64,000 nt of DNA from contig OX597820.1 of NCBI GenBank assembly GCA_951406725.2, forward strand, positions 22,258,001-22,322,000, given 5' to 3'. Under the pieces are notes generated by a model. The model did no database searches and was not told the origin of the DNA. It saw only the letters and a program-made list of their open reading frames with translations. A program made the position numbers and the translations under genes. Positions 40,379 through 53,757 of the stretch are shown here, piece by piece; position 1 is the stretch's first letter, and every line of letters begins with the position of its first letter. The stretch comes from Octopus vulgaris. Lineage: Eukaryota.

Positions 40379-41919
40379 TCATCATCGTTTAACGTCTGCT
40401 TTCCATGCTAGCATGGGTTGGATGATTTGAGTGAGGACTGGTGAACCAGATGGCTGCACCAGGCTCCAGTCTTGATCTAGCAGAGTTTCTACAGCTGGAT
40501 GCCCTTCCTAACGCCAACCACTCCAAGAGTGTAGTGGGTGCTTTTACATGCCACCGGTATGGGGGGGCCAGTCAGGCGGTACTGGCAACAACCTTGCTCG
40601 AATGTTTTTTCACGTGCATATATATATATATAGGATGGTCTTCTTTTAGTTTCTGTCTACCAAATTCACTCACAAGGTTTTAGTCAACCCAGTGCTTTAG
40701 TAGAAGACACTTGCCAAAGTTACCACACAGTGGGACTGAACCCAGAACCATGTGGTTGGAAAGCAAACTTCTTACTACACCTGTGTATATATGTGTGTGT
40801 GTGTAAGACAGTCTTCTTTCAGTTTCCTACTCCTAAACTCCCTCACAAAGCAATGGTCAGTCAGGGGCTATAGGGCTATAGTAGGAAACACTTGGCAAAG
40901 GTGCCATGCAGTGGAACTGAACCCAAAACTGTGGTTAGGAAGCAAACTTCTTAACCACGCACCCATACCCATATCTATTATCACTTAACATAATATCTTA
41001 CATCATTTTAGGGTCTAGTGCTAACTAGTATGTTATATTATGAAGCAGGCTGATAAAGAATAGTGTATATATACCAAGAGATTATGTAACTGAATACACA
41101 GTAGATTGTGAGGTTTGAAGTCCAGACTCCATTTATCAATTTCATAGTCTGTAGTTAAAAATACATGCTTCATCGTTATGTTGTTATTGCCAATTAGCTC
41201 TGAATCATTTTGCTGATGTTCTTTTAATTAAGTCATAATCAGTTTGTTGTTCTTTTAATTAACTCCTAATCATTTTGTTGTTGTTTGGGTTTTTTTTCTA
41301 ATTAACTTATAATCAGCTTGAGGGGAAAATATCTACTGTTTAGCTCAAGTCAGACTGACAGAAAAGCTATTCCAGCCATGACCATCCATCTCGTTATTTC
41401 AGGCATAATGCATCTAGAACTATATTATTCAGTGTAATTTGAGGGAAAGTTAGCTGCTATTGCTAGCTGATCAAATGACCACATAGAGGATATATTTAGT
41501 AACCTTGTATTTGTTAGACCTAAGATAGATGTGGTCAAGCAAATCTGTGGCATGTTAAGTACTCAGTTAAATCTTTTATCTTTTACTTGTTTCGGTCAGT
41601 GCACTCTGGCCATGCTGGAGCATCACCCTGAAGGGTTAGTAAAAGTAATCGACGCCAGTACTTATTTTTTTTTTGTTATGGCTGGAACTTATACTGTTGG
41701 TCTCTTTTGCTGAACTGCTAAGTTACAGGTAATAAAGAAACCAAAAGCAGTGTCAGTCAGTGGTGGAGCACAAATACAGACACGTGTGTGTGTAGGTATG
41801 TGTGTGTGTGTATACATATCACTACTAGTCAAGTGCTAGGATCAATATAATTGACTAACTTCACCACCCCTATAATTGCTAGCCTTGTGCCAAAATTTTG
41901 AAACAGTTGTCATTATTAT

Positions 41920-42600
41920 TAAGGTGGCGAGCTGGCAGAAACATTAGCACGCCGGGCGAACTGCTTAGGAGTATTTCGTCTGCCGCTACGTTCTGAGTTC
42001 AAATTCCGTCGAGGTCGACTTTGCCTTTCATCCTTTCGGGGTCGATTAAATAAGTACCAGTTACGCACTGGGGTCGATATAATCGACTTAATCCGTTTGT
42101 CTGTCATTGTTTGTCCTCTGTGTGTTTAGCCCCTTGTGGGTAGTAAAGAAATAGGTATTTCACCCATCACTACGTTCTGAGTTCAAATTCTGCCAAGGTC
42201 GACTTTACCTTTCATCCTTTCAGGGTTGATAAATAAGGTATCAGTGAAACACTCAGGTGGCTATAATCGACTAGTCTCCTCTCCACAAATTTCAAGCCTT
42301 GTGCCTATAGTAGAGAGGATTATTAGTATTATTAAGACAGCAAGCTGGAAGAATCATTAGCACATTGGGAAAAATGCTTAGTGATGTTTCATCTGTCTTT
42401 ACATTCTGAGTTCAAATTCCGCCAAGGTCGACTTTGCCTTTCATCCTTTCAGGGTCGATAGAATAAGTGCCAGTTGAGCACTAGATCAATATCATCAACT
42501 ATCTCCCTCCCTGGGGTCAATGTAATCGACTTAATCCTTTTGTCTGTCCTTGTTTGTCCCCTCTCTGTTTAGCCCCTTGTGGGTAATAAAGAAATGAATA
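41920..42600 (+). mobile_element. Cluster of 3-4 nested or tandem SINE B copies
   Basis: gttctgagttcaaattc..gtcgacttt.cctttcatccttt recurs near 41990, 42175 and 42405. Confidence 0.85.
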
Positions 42601-44263
42601 TTTGAGTTGGATATGGCCAATTAAACATTAGAGGTTTAAATTGACACTCTACTTCCTACACATGAAGAAGGAATTGATGTTACCAGTCTATAACTATTCT
42701 AGAAATATCTGTTGCAAATTTTGGTACAAGGCCAGCAATTTCTGGGGAGAGGCTAAGTCGATTTCATCAACTGCAGTGCTCAACTGGTGCTTATTTTATC
42801 AGTCTTGAAAGGATGAAAGCCAAGTCAACCTTGGTGAAATTTGAACTCAAAATGTAAAGACAGACGAAATACTGCTAATCAATTCTGCAGCTCGCCACCT
42901 GACTATTCAAGAAATATTAAGAAGACTTATTTTTGCATGATGTGATATGATGGTAAATTCCTTAAAATTCTTGCATCGTTAAGTAAAGATTTTGAAATTC
43001 CTAAAATAGCTAAACTGACTCATTGAAATTTTCTTTTTTTAATATTGCAAATTCTTTATATGAAATTAATGTTAACTGCACAAATATTCCATCAGGTAAT
43101 TTAATCTTTCAGTTTCATAAGTAGAAAACAGAAAGATATTAAAAATATTTATTCCTTTGGAGAATATAAAAGACTAACATGTTTTCCAGTATAAAAACAG
43201 CTACTTCATCCCCTGTAACCTTAGATGACCATGTAATGTTTGGTGGTGTGTTTATGAGAAAACTCTGAAGATTGTGTTGAAAATAGGCTCAAGCATGGCT
43301 TTGTGCTAAGAAGCTTTCTTCCCAACTTCCCAACCACATGGTTCCGGGTTCAGTCCCACTGCATGGTACCTTGGGCAAATGTCTTCTACTATAGCCCCAG
43401 GTTGACCAAAGCCTTGTGAATGGACTTGGTAGAAGGAAACTATAAGAAGCCCACATGTATATCAGCTGTAAAACCCATGTCAAAACAGACAATGTGACAT
43501 GAGAGATGGTTTTTGTGTTATGTAGGCTATCAACCCCAAGTATTCATCTGGTACTGTATTTTATTGTCCCTGGAAGGGGTGAAAGGCAAAGTTGACCACA
43601 GTGAGATTTGAACTCAAAATAAATGAGCAAATGAAGAACCAGAACAAATACTGGCAATCTAATGATTCTGTAAATCTACCAAGATTTCATTGACTTCTTC
43701 GTTTGCTTTCCATTAGAAAAAAATTTAATGAAAGCAATTGTCTTTTGTTTGACACAATAATAGGTTTGCAATGAATACCTGTCTAGCTCACCTGCTGAAA
43801 TTGCTATCTTTCAAGCTACACACTAGTTTCAAAGGAAAGATTCATGTCTTATTCTTTCATGCGATTTCTCTTTTGTTCTCCTGCTATTAACTCTTCTCCA
43901 TATCATTTGTTTCCTAACAATAACAGCATGAATTTTACTCTATTTTTATCATCACCAAGTCCATCCTCATCATTGGTTTTGTTGCTATTTTCCTCATCAT
44001 CAACCTTGTCACCAACATTATTATCATCATCATTATCATTGTCATCATAGTCACCATAGTGATCATCATCATCATCATTTCCTTATCATAGCTGTCCCTT
44101 CTGGTTCTAAATTAGATATTGGTTGTTGTTGCCTTCATCATTCATTCTTCAGGAGGACAGTGGGTAGGAACAATTAAATATAATGCCAGTTAAGTACTGG
44201 ACTCAATTTAATCAACTACAACTTCTTCCCAAATTTCTAGCTTTTTTTCCTCCTCCTCCTCCT

Positions 44264-44494
44264 CCTCATCATCATCATTGTTTAACGTCCGCTTTCCATG
44301 CCAACATGGGTTGGACGATTTGACTGAGGACTGGTGAACCAGATGGCTGCACCAGGCTCCAATTTGATCTGGCAGAGTTTCTACTGATTGGAGCCTGGTG
44401 CAGCCATCTGGTTCGCCAGACCCTAGTCAAATCGTCCAACCCATTCTGGCATGGAAAACAGACATTAAACGATGATGATGATGATGATGATGAG
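44264..44494. repeat. Inverted duplication of an RTE 3' tail (hairpin, ~100-bp arms)
   Basis: 44264-44363 pairs with 44387-44494 around a ~23-nt loop. Confidence 0.9.
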
Positions 44495-44727
44495 GCAAAA
44501 AAAGAAATTATCATCATCATTATTATTATTGTTATTGTTCCTATAGCTCTGGTTTTGTTGAAACTCTTAGAATCTTGCAAGAATAGTAAGTTTGCTACCT
44601 GCAGCCTATGGTACCATGCTTTTTGTTCTCTTCAACCATCCAAACTTTCTTGCTGTTTCTGACCATACCAAGGAGGTAAACCTTCTGTAACCGCTCTACT
44701 AGACACTCTGTTTCAAGCTCTGTTCCT

Positions 44728-45160
44728 ATCATCGTCATCATCATCGTTTAACGTCCGTTCTCCATGCTAGCATGGGCTGGACGGTTCGACCGGGGATCTG
44801 GGAAGCCAGAAGGCTGCACCAGGCTCCAGTTTTATCTGGCAATGTTTCTACAGCTGGATGCCCTTCCTAACGCCAACCACTCCGTGAGTGTAGTGGGTGC
44901 TTTTTACGTGCCACCTGCACTGGAGCCAGGCGAGGCTGGCATCGGCCACGGTCGGATTGGTGCATTTTACGTGCCACCTGCATGGAAGCCAGTCGAGGCG
45001 GCACTGGCTTCGGCCACGATTCGGATGGTGCTTTTTACGTGCCACCGACACGGAAGCCAGTTTAGGCGACGCTGGCATTGGCCCCGATTCGGATAGTGCT
45101 TTTTACGTATCTCCAGTCCAGGGGTCCTGGCATCTGCCAGGTGCCAGTCATAGGATTGGT
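44728..45160 (-). mobile_element. RTE 3' UTR (family C) with four modules
   Basis: Same tail and tandem ggtgctttttacgtgccacc units. Confidence 0.85.
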
Positions 45161-45619
45161 TCAATCGTACTTATATCATATAGTACCTATATTTCTTATC
45201 ATCACTATCATCCTCATCATCGTCATGAAGGTTGATATAAGAAAATATCAACTAAGTACTAGGGTTGATTCAGTTGGTTGCATACCAAGGAAACATTTCT
45301 AGATTATCACAGCTGCAATGCCTTTGATCATAGATGCACAAGTGCGCGTGCACACACACACACATACACAAAATAAAAAAACAAATGTTGAATGCTAGCC
45401 ATTATTTTTATGTGGTTATATGTGTGTGTATTTCATTCTTGGTGTCAGGTGAGAGATAAATAGAAGCATGTATGGAAGGCCAGCAGTAGCAGAATGTGCT
45501 ACAAAGGGATAAGAAAAAATAAAATTGCCAGAATATAGTAAATTATTTCAGTTACTAATTAATTTCTAATTTTGTAAAAAATATCATTTAATTTTTTTTC
45601 TTTTATATATATTTTTCAG

Positions 45620-45787
45620 ATAACTATCAAATGTGTGAACTCATCTTCCACCAAGGAATGTGTCGACAAAGTTGAATTCCTTAAAGTTTTTTTTTTTTTA
45701 AACTTCTTTGAAAAGTTTTAATTTTTTTAATTTATTAAATAAGTACATGTAGTTTAACTCATTCAAAACCCTAAAGATTTCCTCAAA
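45620..45787 (+). other. 5'-UTR part of the large exon, containing uORFs
   Basis: Follows a pyrimidine-rich acceptor ending 45619. Contains uORF 45631-45675 (MCELIFHQGMCRQS*) and ATG-TAG at 45747-45752. Confidence 0.6.
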
Positions 45788-47128
45788 ATGGCTTACTACG
45801 CTATTGATCCGCCTCCAACAGTTCCCTCCAGAGTAAGAGATCGCACACAGCGAAAAGTTTTCATCCCGGGTCAGAAGGATAGTAAAGAAAATATATCTGA
45901 TATGACAGATTTCACAGAGAAGTCACCTACATTGATAACACTGGATGACTTGGAATCCACCAGTAAATTTAGTTCAGATTTAGAAGGACTTGATTTAAGT
46001 TACCCTAACTTGGGATCAAATACTCTGAAGAAAGGTTTAAGTAATTCTATGGAAGATTTAAGTGCAACAAGCAAAGCCTACCCAGATATCAGTGGTTTGT
46101 TCTATGAACTGAGGTCAGATGTGTATTTCAACAGTTGTGTGCCTCCTCCAATTGGCTTCAGTCATTTAACAGATTGTCCTGTTAATATTGAACAACGTGT
46201 GCCATTATCACAAGTCGCACGGTCTCAACCACCAGAACAAAACTTGCAATTACCGTCACAACAAAAACCCCCGTGTCCATTCTCTCCTCAAAGTTACCAA
46301 AATGTACAGACTTCAACGTCTTTTCAGTACCCTTCTCCTGCTCTTGTAACTAATTCCCATCAAATGCTAGTATCATGGGAAGGAGATCCCTCGGGTTTGT
46401 TCAAAGAGAGAAAACCTTCCCTATCTAACATGCATCGTCCAGCCAGCTTGAATGATCTGGATGATATTGATACTTACCCTAAAACTGTACCCTTAACAAA
46501 CAGTGCCTCTGCAACAATAACCCCTGTTGCGGACACCTTCAGCATTGAGTACCCTCAAGGAAATGGAATTGCTCACACAACAGCAAATCTCATAGATTTT
46601 TATGATAGAGAATATCTCAATTTAGCAGACTTTGATCCTTACAGAGTGGAACAACAAATTTGTTCTTCGGTGTCGTCTCCACAAGAATCATCAGCTGTGT
46701 CCCCTCCAAAGGATAAGGGTATGAGAAAGTCTGAGAGTGAAAATGATTTATTGAATTGCACGTCACTTCTTTTGGAATGGTCAGAAGTTCCTGATAAAAA
46801 TAGCCCTGCACAGGTCAGTAAGAACAACAATGATTTATTTCACATATCATTTCTTGAGGAATGGGCTGAAACTGCTGATGTAAGTAACACTGCACAGGCT
46901 AGCGAGGAAACAGCACAAAGTTGGAACCATGACTATGCAAACTCCATGGTTGAACTCTCCCAGAGTTCTAATATTATTGTTGATTTACCAAAAACGCCAC
47001 AAAAAGACGACAACAAACCTTTGGATACAATTGTACCATTACAGCACTACCCTACTAAGAAACCTACTAAGGATTTCTCTAAACAGGATATACCGCCAAA
47101 AAGTACCTCGTGGACATTTCTCCGTAAG
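45788..47128 (+). CDS. Large first coding exon (447 codons) of a host gene; disordered Ser/Pro/Asp-rich N-terminus, candidate class II PI3-kinase (PI3K-C2) N-terminal region
   Basis: Only long non-repetitive ORF (MAYYAIDPPP...SWTFLRK). ATG context aaaATGg. Acceptor tttttcag|45620 and donor AAG|gtaaga after 47128 (phase 0), so the last ~21 aa of the ORF-track protein are intronic read-through. Motifs LITLD and NLIDFYDREYLNLADFDPY resemble, from memory, the clathrin-box/FDPL region of invertebrate PI3K-C2. The product name is inference only. Confidence 0.85.
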
Positions 47129-47677
47129 GTAAGACTTCTTTCTTCATATTCTGCAATATGGCTAATTGCCATTCATTTCATGTTTTTTCCATAATTCATT
47201 TTTCTTGTGTGTGTGTATGCACGTACATGCATGTGTGTGTGCGTGTACATGCATGTGTGTGTGCGTGTGCCACTGTCCTCATTGTTTTAACAGCTACTTT
47301 TCCATGCTTGCATGGATCAGATGAGTCATCAATGAAGCAGATATTTCTTAAGGCCAGATCTTTTTGTGGTCAATCTTCATCTGTTTCCAACTAAGGTAAT
47401 AATTCCTCCAGCCTATTGAACCACAAACATTCTGAAAATACTTTGGCAAATTTTTCCTATTCAGTGGCACCTCCCAAGGTGCCACGAAATGGGTTTTAGA
47501 TAAATCTTATATAGCCATGTTGCAGATCTGTCCAACCCATGCTAGAATGCAAAAACTACCTTAAAGCATGAATGAAGATGATCTCTCACACTCACACACA
47601 TACACACACACACACACATACACACACACATGCAAGGACATATGCATAATCACATACACACGCCACTAACACACACA

Positions 47678-48945
47678 TACAAGTCACATATACACACAGA
47701 AGCCACATATATATATATACACACACACACACAAACTACATACACACAAGCCACATGTATACACACGTACAAGCCACAAGTATACACACATGCAAGCCAC
47801 ATATATACACACTCACACACAAGCCATATATATACACACTCACATACAAGCCATATGTACACACACACAAAGCCACATGTATACACACACACAAAGCCAC
47901 ATATACACACACACAAACCACATATACACACACAAGCCACATATATACACACACACAAGCCACATATACACACACACACAAGCCACATATACACACACAC
48001 ACACAAGCCACATATATACACACACACAAGCTACATATACACACACAAGCCACATATATACACACACACAAGCTACATATACACACACAACCACATACAC
48101 ACACACAAGCCACATATACACACACACACAAGCTACATATACACACACAAGCCACATATATACACACACACAAGCTACATATACACACACACAAGCCACA
48201 TATATACACACACACAAGCCACATATACACACACACAAGCCACATATACACACACACACAAGCCACATATACACACACACACAAGCCACATATACACACA
48301 CAAGTCACATATATACACACACACACACACAAGCCACATATACACACACAAGCCACATATACACACACAAGCAAGCCACATATACACACACACAAGCTAC
48401 ATATACACACACAAGCCACATATACACACACAAAGCTACATATACACACACACAAGTCACATATACACACACAAGCCACATATATACACACACACAAGCC
48501 ACATATACACAATCACACAAGCCACATATACACACACACACAAGTCACATACACACACACACAAGCCACATATATACACACACACAAGCCACATATACAC
48601 AATCACACAAGCCACATATACACACACACACAAATCACATATACACACACACACACACAAGCCACATATACACACGCACACAAGCCACATATACACAATC
48701 ACACAAGCCACATATACACACACACACAAGTCACATACACACACACACACAATCACATATACACACACACACACAAGCCACATATACACACGCACACAAG
48801 CCACATACACACAACACACACAAGCCGTATATACACACGCACACAAGCCACATATACACACACAACACACACAAGCCGTATATACACAATCACACACACA
48901 CACACACACACACATCCACATACACACACACACAAGCTACATATA
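47678..48945. repeat. Minisatellite CAAGCCACATATA(CA)n, ~20-28-bp units
   Basis: Directly visible. Source of the spurious 386-478-aa His/Thr ORFs. Confidence 0.95.
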
Positions 48946-49082
48946 CATAATTTCATATACGCAAACAAGCACAGACACACAAGCACACATATACATGCAT
49001 ACACATTTGTGCATTGTGTTTTTCCTACTGAACAAAAATATTCTAAATATTTATGTGATTGTTTGAAAAAAAAAAAAAAACA

Positions 49083-49248
49083 TAGGCACAGGATAGGCTG
49101 TGTGGTAAGAAACTTGCTTCCCAACCACATAGTTCCGGGTTCAGTGCTACTGCATGGCACCTTGAGCAAGTGTCTTCTGCTGTAGCCTCGAACTGACCAA
49201 AACCTTTGTGAGTGGATTTGGTGGACAGAAACTGAAACAAGCCCATCG

Positions 49249-49286
<38 letters not shown>

Positions 49287-49482
49287 TGTGTTTGTTCCCC
49301 CAACATCGCTTGACAACCAATGCTGGTGTATTTATGTCCCTGTAACTTAGCGGTTCGGCAAAAGGGACCGACAGAATAAGTGCTAGGCTTACAAAGAATA
49401 AATCCTGGAGTCGATTTGCTCGACTAAAGGCAGTGCTCCAGCATGGCCACGGTCAAATGACTGAAACAAGTATAAAAGTATA
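49083..49482 (+). mobile_element. SINE family A, full length
   Basis: Matches family A. Confidence 0.9.
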
Positions 49483-50047
49483 AGCACAGGGGAGCCTATA
49501 CTCTTCCCAACCATATAGTTGCACTGGTTGTCCTTTCCTTAATTAACACAGCAGAAATGGTTTGAGTGAGATTTAGCTGCTATGTTCTGTAGGTCAAGTA
49601 TCCATGTAAATAGAGCCTCAAGGATGACAATTTGCTCTGGTTGTCCTTACATTAATACAAACAGCAGGGTGTAATTTGAGAGAGATTTGGCTGTTATTTC
49701 TAATGCCTCGAGTGTTCGTGTAGTCACAGAAACTACATGTAATGCTGATTTTTTTTCCTTAATCTCTTAACTTATGATCAAAGACATTCCAGTTGTGACC
49801 ATCTCATCTTTTCATTGACATATAATGTAAGCTAGGCCTGTCTAATGTATATTTTTGTTCAGAGTTGTTTAGTAAATATATATTCAAATGAAAATATACA
49901 TTCATTGTACTCTGAGGTCACTTATTTTTAATCTGAAATACTTCGTTCATTATGTTATTCCCATTTTCTATCATTAACTATCAGTAACTATAATTACCTT
50001 CATAATAAATTATTAACTGATCCAAAATAATTTATGTATTTATTCTT

Positions 50048-50119
<72 letters not shown>

Positions 50120-51681
50120 TATATATAATATATATATAATAATAATAATATTATTAGGGAGTATAACTCCAAACTTACAGGGAAAAATTCAATTTAGTAT
50201 TAAATAAAATTTCACAATATAATATATATGTAAATTAGAGAAAAACCGCTATTATGCAATTCAAACAATGATAGACATAAACCAAATTATAAATTATATA
50301 TATATATATATATATTCTTTCTTAAATCAATAATAAAAAAATATTTTTTTGCATGGAAATTTTTAAAAAAAAAACGTGTATGTTAAGAGATTAATCGGGA
50401 CATTATTGGTAGGGTGTGTAGCTGCTATTTGTAATACTTCAAGTGTTCATATAGTCGCAGGCACTCAAAAGTTTGCACTATATGCCCTTTCCTTGATTAA
50501 AATAGTAGCAATATAATCTGAAGGAGATTTGGCTGTTGTTTGCAATAGGTCAAGCATCCATGTTGAGTCTCGGGCAGTTAAAAAGTTGTAGTGTTCCGGA
50601 ATTTAACCATTGAAGCAAATATTTGGATGTGCCAATAAGCAGTTTGTGTTTACACAGCTGGACTAGATTCAGAGAATTGATCTGTGTTTTATCGGATGTT
50701 GATAATGTATACAGTGGCAGCAGCAGTGATGGTGGTGGTGGTGGTGGTGGTGGTGGCTGCTGTAGTAGTAACAGATGTGTTGGTCTTTTTCTCTCTATCT
50801 TTCACTTGTTTCAGTCATTGGACTGTGGCCATGCTGGGGCACCACTTTGAAGGGGTTTTTTTTTTATCAAACAAATCGACACCAGTATTTATGGCTTTTT
50901 TTTTAAATTTTGAAGTCTATTTATTCTGTTTGTCCTCGTTTGCCCAACCACACCAGTTGTCAAGCAGTGGGGAGGAGGTACACAAACACAGAGGCACATA
51001 CATACATGTGCACACACACATTTATATGTATATGTATGTATATATGTATATATATATATATATCAGCCGAAACTGCGAGGATGATCCGGTTCTTGACTGA
51101 GGATAGAAAGCTTCGAATGTCCCGTCCTTGTATTTTTTGTATCGTCTATCTGGATGTTTTGTTGTCCCTCTTTGTATCAGCTAATTGTCTGGATGTTTTG
51201 CGTTCTTGTCCCATTTTGCATTTTATATCATCATCATCATCATCATCATATATATATATAAACACACATCCACACATCCTTTTAGCATTTAAACCAGTCA
51301 CATTTGGCCTGGATATTCTACCTGCCTTATATCCAAACTGGCCAGATCCAGCCTCTCACACTTACCTTACAATGTCATTCTCAGATTCTATAATCAAATA
51401 GCCTCTTGCCCCAAATTTCAGGACTTGTGCCTATAATAGAAAAAATTATTATTATTATTATTAAGGCAATGAGCTGGCATAGTCATTAGCACGCTGAGCA
51501 AATTGCTTAGCGGTGTTTTCTCTGTCTGCACGATCTGAGTTCATATTCCGCTGAGGTCGACTTTGCCTTTCATCCTTTCAGGCTCAATAAATTAAAGTAC
51601 TAGTGAAACCCTGGGACCAATGTATCATCTAGTCTTCTCCCCACAAATTTCAGATCTTGTGCCTTTAGTAAAATGGATTAC

Positions 51682-51714
<33 letters not shown>

Positions 51715-51759
51715 TACCATTCCTATTATTATTGTTGTTGTTGTTGTTGTTGTTGTTAA

Positions 51760-52180
51760 AGGAAAGTGAGGGTGGAGTGGGAGGTGCTGTCCTCAAGTGA
51801 ATTTATGGAAAGGTGGGTGAATGTTGCGAAAATGGCAAGAGTGGATGGTACCACCCTCAGTGTAGACTTGTGAGTTGGAAGAAAGAAGTTGGAGTAGGCT
51901 CCCATCCTTGGTACTCAGGGTGATCTTGGATGGCGGGGTTCCTTGATTATTCCTAGAGGTCCTCCTGAATCAGAGGAATCCCATCACGAACCTTTTTTTT
52001 TTTCACACACCCCCTCTTTTTCTAGTGTCATATACTATGTATACTTCCCTTCTGCCAATCTGCTAATGTATATCATGTATACTTTTTATTTTATCATTCC
52101 ATTATATGTAAACCCCAACGCTTTATGCCTGTCTTTGTATTGTCCCCTTCAGCCTTCGCCCTGGAGACAAATAAAAGAAA
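51760..52180 (+). mobile_element. Tx1/L1-like LINE 3' end
   Basis: 51760-51873 encodes RKVRVEWEVLSSSEFMERWVNVAKMARVDGTTLSVDL*, resembling Tx1-clade C-termini. 3' UTR ends aaataaaagaaat. Confidence 0.55.
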
Positions 52181-52188
52181 TCATTATT

Positions 52189-52660
52189 CATCATCATCAT
52201 CATCATCATCATCGTTTAACGTCCGTTCTCCATGCTAGCATGGGTTGGACGGTTCGACTGGGGATCTGGGAAGCCAGAAGGCTGCACCAGACTCCAGTCT
52301 TATCTGGCAATGTTTCTACAGCTGGATGCCCTTCCTAACACCAACCACTCCGTGAGTGTAGTGGGTGCTTTTTTACGTGCCACCTGCACAGGTGCCAGGC
52401 GAGGCTGGCAACGGCCACGGTCGGATTGGTGTATTTTACGTGCCACCGGCACGGAGGCCAGTCGAGGCGGCGCTGGCATCGGCCACGAGTCGGATAGTGC
52501 TTTTTACATACCACCAGACCAGGGATCCTGGCTGGTTCAATTCGATTTCGATTTCACTTGCCCCAACATGTCTTCGCAAGCAAAGGGGGTTGGCATGGGT
52601 GCCTGTCGTTGGATGAGGTTCTATATCGACTTTGCTTGCTTCAACAGGTCTTTGTGTCCA
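52189..52660 (-). mobile_element. RTE 3' UTR (family C)
   Basis: Same subfamily as 44728-45160. Confidence 0.85.
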
Positions 52661-52661
52661 A

Positions 52662-53209
52662 GAGAGCAGTGCATGCCATCAAAGTGACACAGGGGTAAAA
52701 TATACGAAGCCCATTATATCCATCATGAATACCCGTCTGATAAGGGTACACTTGGTACATGCATCACAACCATGTGTATGCAACATGGTGATCTCATATC
52801 AAGACAAACAGCACATGACCTTGTGGGTGGAGCCCAGTTAGAATTTTCTTCAGGTTGGGTACCCCATCTCGCTCAAAAGATCCCTGAATAAGGATTGTTT
52901 AAGGATGTTGAACGAAACACCCATTTTTCCAAAGGTGAATTATCCAAACCCCAAAGAACTCCCCTCAACACATGGCTATGATGTTCCCCCACTACTTCTG
53001 CTCGTGATCAGAGATGCACATATCGTCAGCCACTAAGGGACATGCTCAACTGGTGAAGGTCAAGCAACTGACAAGCAAATCTGTGGTACTGAGCAGAATA
53101 TTTGCTGTAGCCCATCTTTTATACCAAGACAAAACAATGCACATGATAACACTTCCAATCAGTTAAGATCAGAAGCCATGAGAGCCACTGCCTGGTACTG
53201 CATCAGGGC

Positions 53210-53212
<3 letters not shown>
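52662..53212 (+). mobile_element. Non-coding ~550-bp retro-like element (family D) with (TTA)n tail
   Basis: Inverted second copy at 60693-61250. Ends catcagggca-(tta)n. Confidence 0.8.
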
Positions 53213-53301
<89 letters not shown>

Positions 53302-53451
53302 ATTATTAGTGTTATTATTATTATTAGTGTTATTATTATTATTTATTATTATTATTATTAAATATTATTATTATCATTATTAATTATTATTATTAATTAT
53401 TATTATTATTATTATTAATTATTATTATTATTATTATTAATTATCATTATT

Positions 53452-53500
<49 letters not shown>

Positions 53501-53538
53501 ATTATTATTAATTAATTATTAATTATTAATTATTATTA

Positions 53539-53569
<31 letters not shown>

Positions 53570-53659
53570 ATTATTATTATTATTATTATTATTTATTATT
53601 ATTATTATTAATTATTATTATTATTAATTATTATTATTAATTATTATTATTAATTATTA

Positions 53660-53691
<32 letters not shown>

Positions 53692-53757
53692 CATTATTAT
53701 TATTATATATTATTATCATTATTATTATTATATATTATTATTATTATTATTATTATT
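53213..53757. repeat. Expanded imperfect (TTA)n tract
   Basis: Directly visible, ~545 bp. Confidence 0.95.

Noticed and set aside
47129-47194. Hydrophobic C-terminal tail (VRLLSSYSAIWLIAIHFMFFP) of the 468-aa ORF
   Set aside because: It lies after a consensus donor AAG|gtaaga and is most likely intronic read-through, not a membrane anchor.
47630-49185. ORFs of 478, 476 and 386 aa rich in His/Thr/Tyr
   Set aside because: They are translations of the CA-rich minisatellite, open in several frames, with no protein-like complexity.
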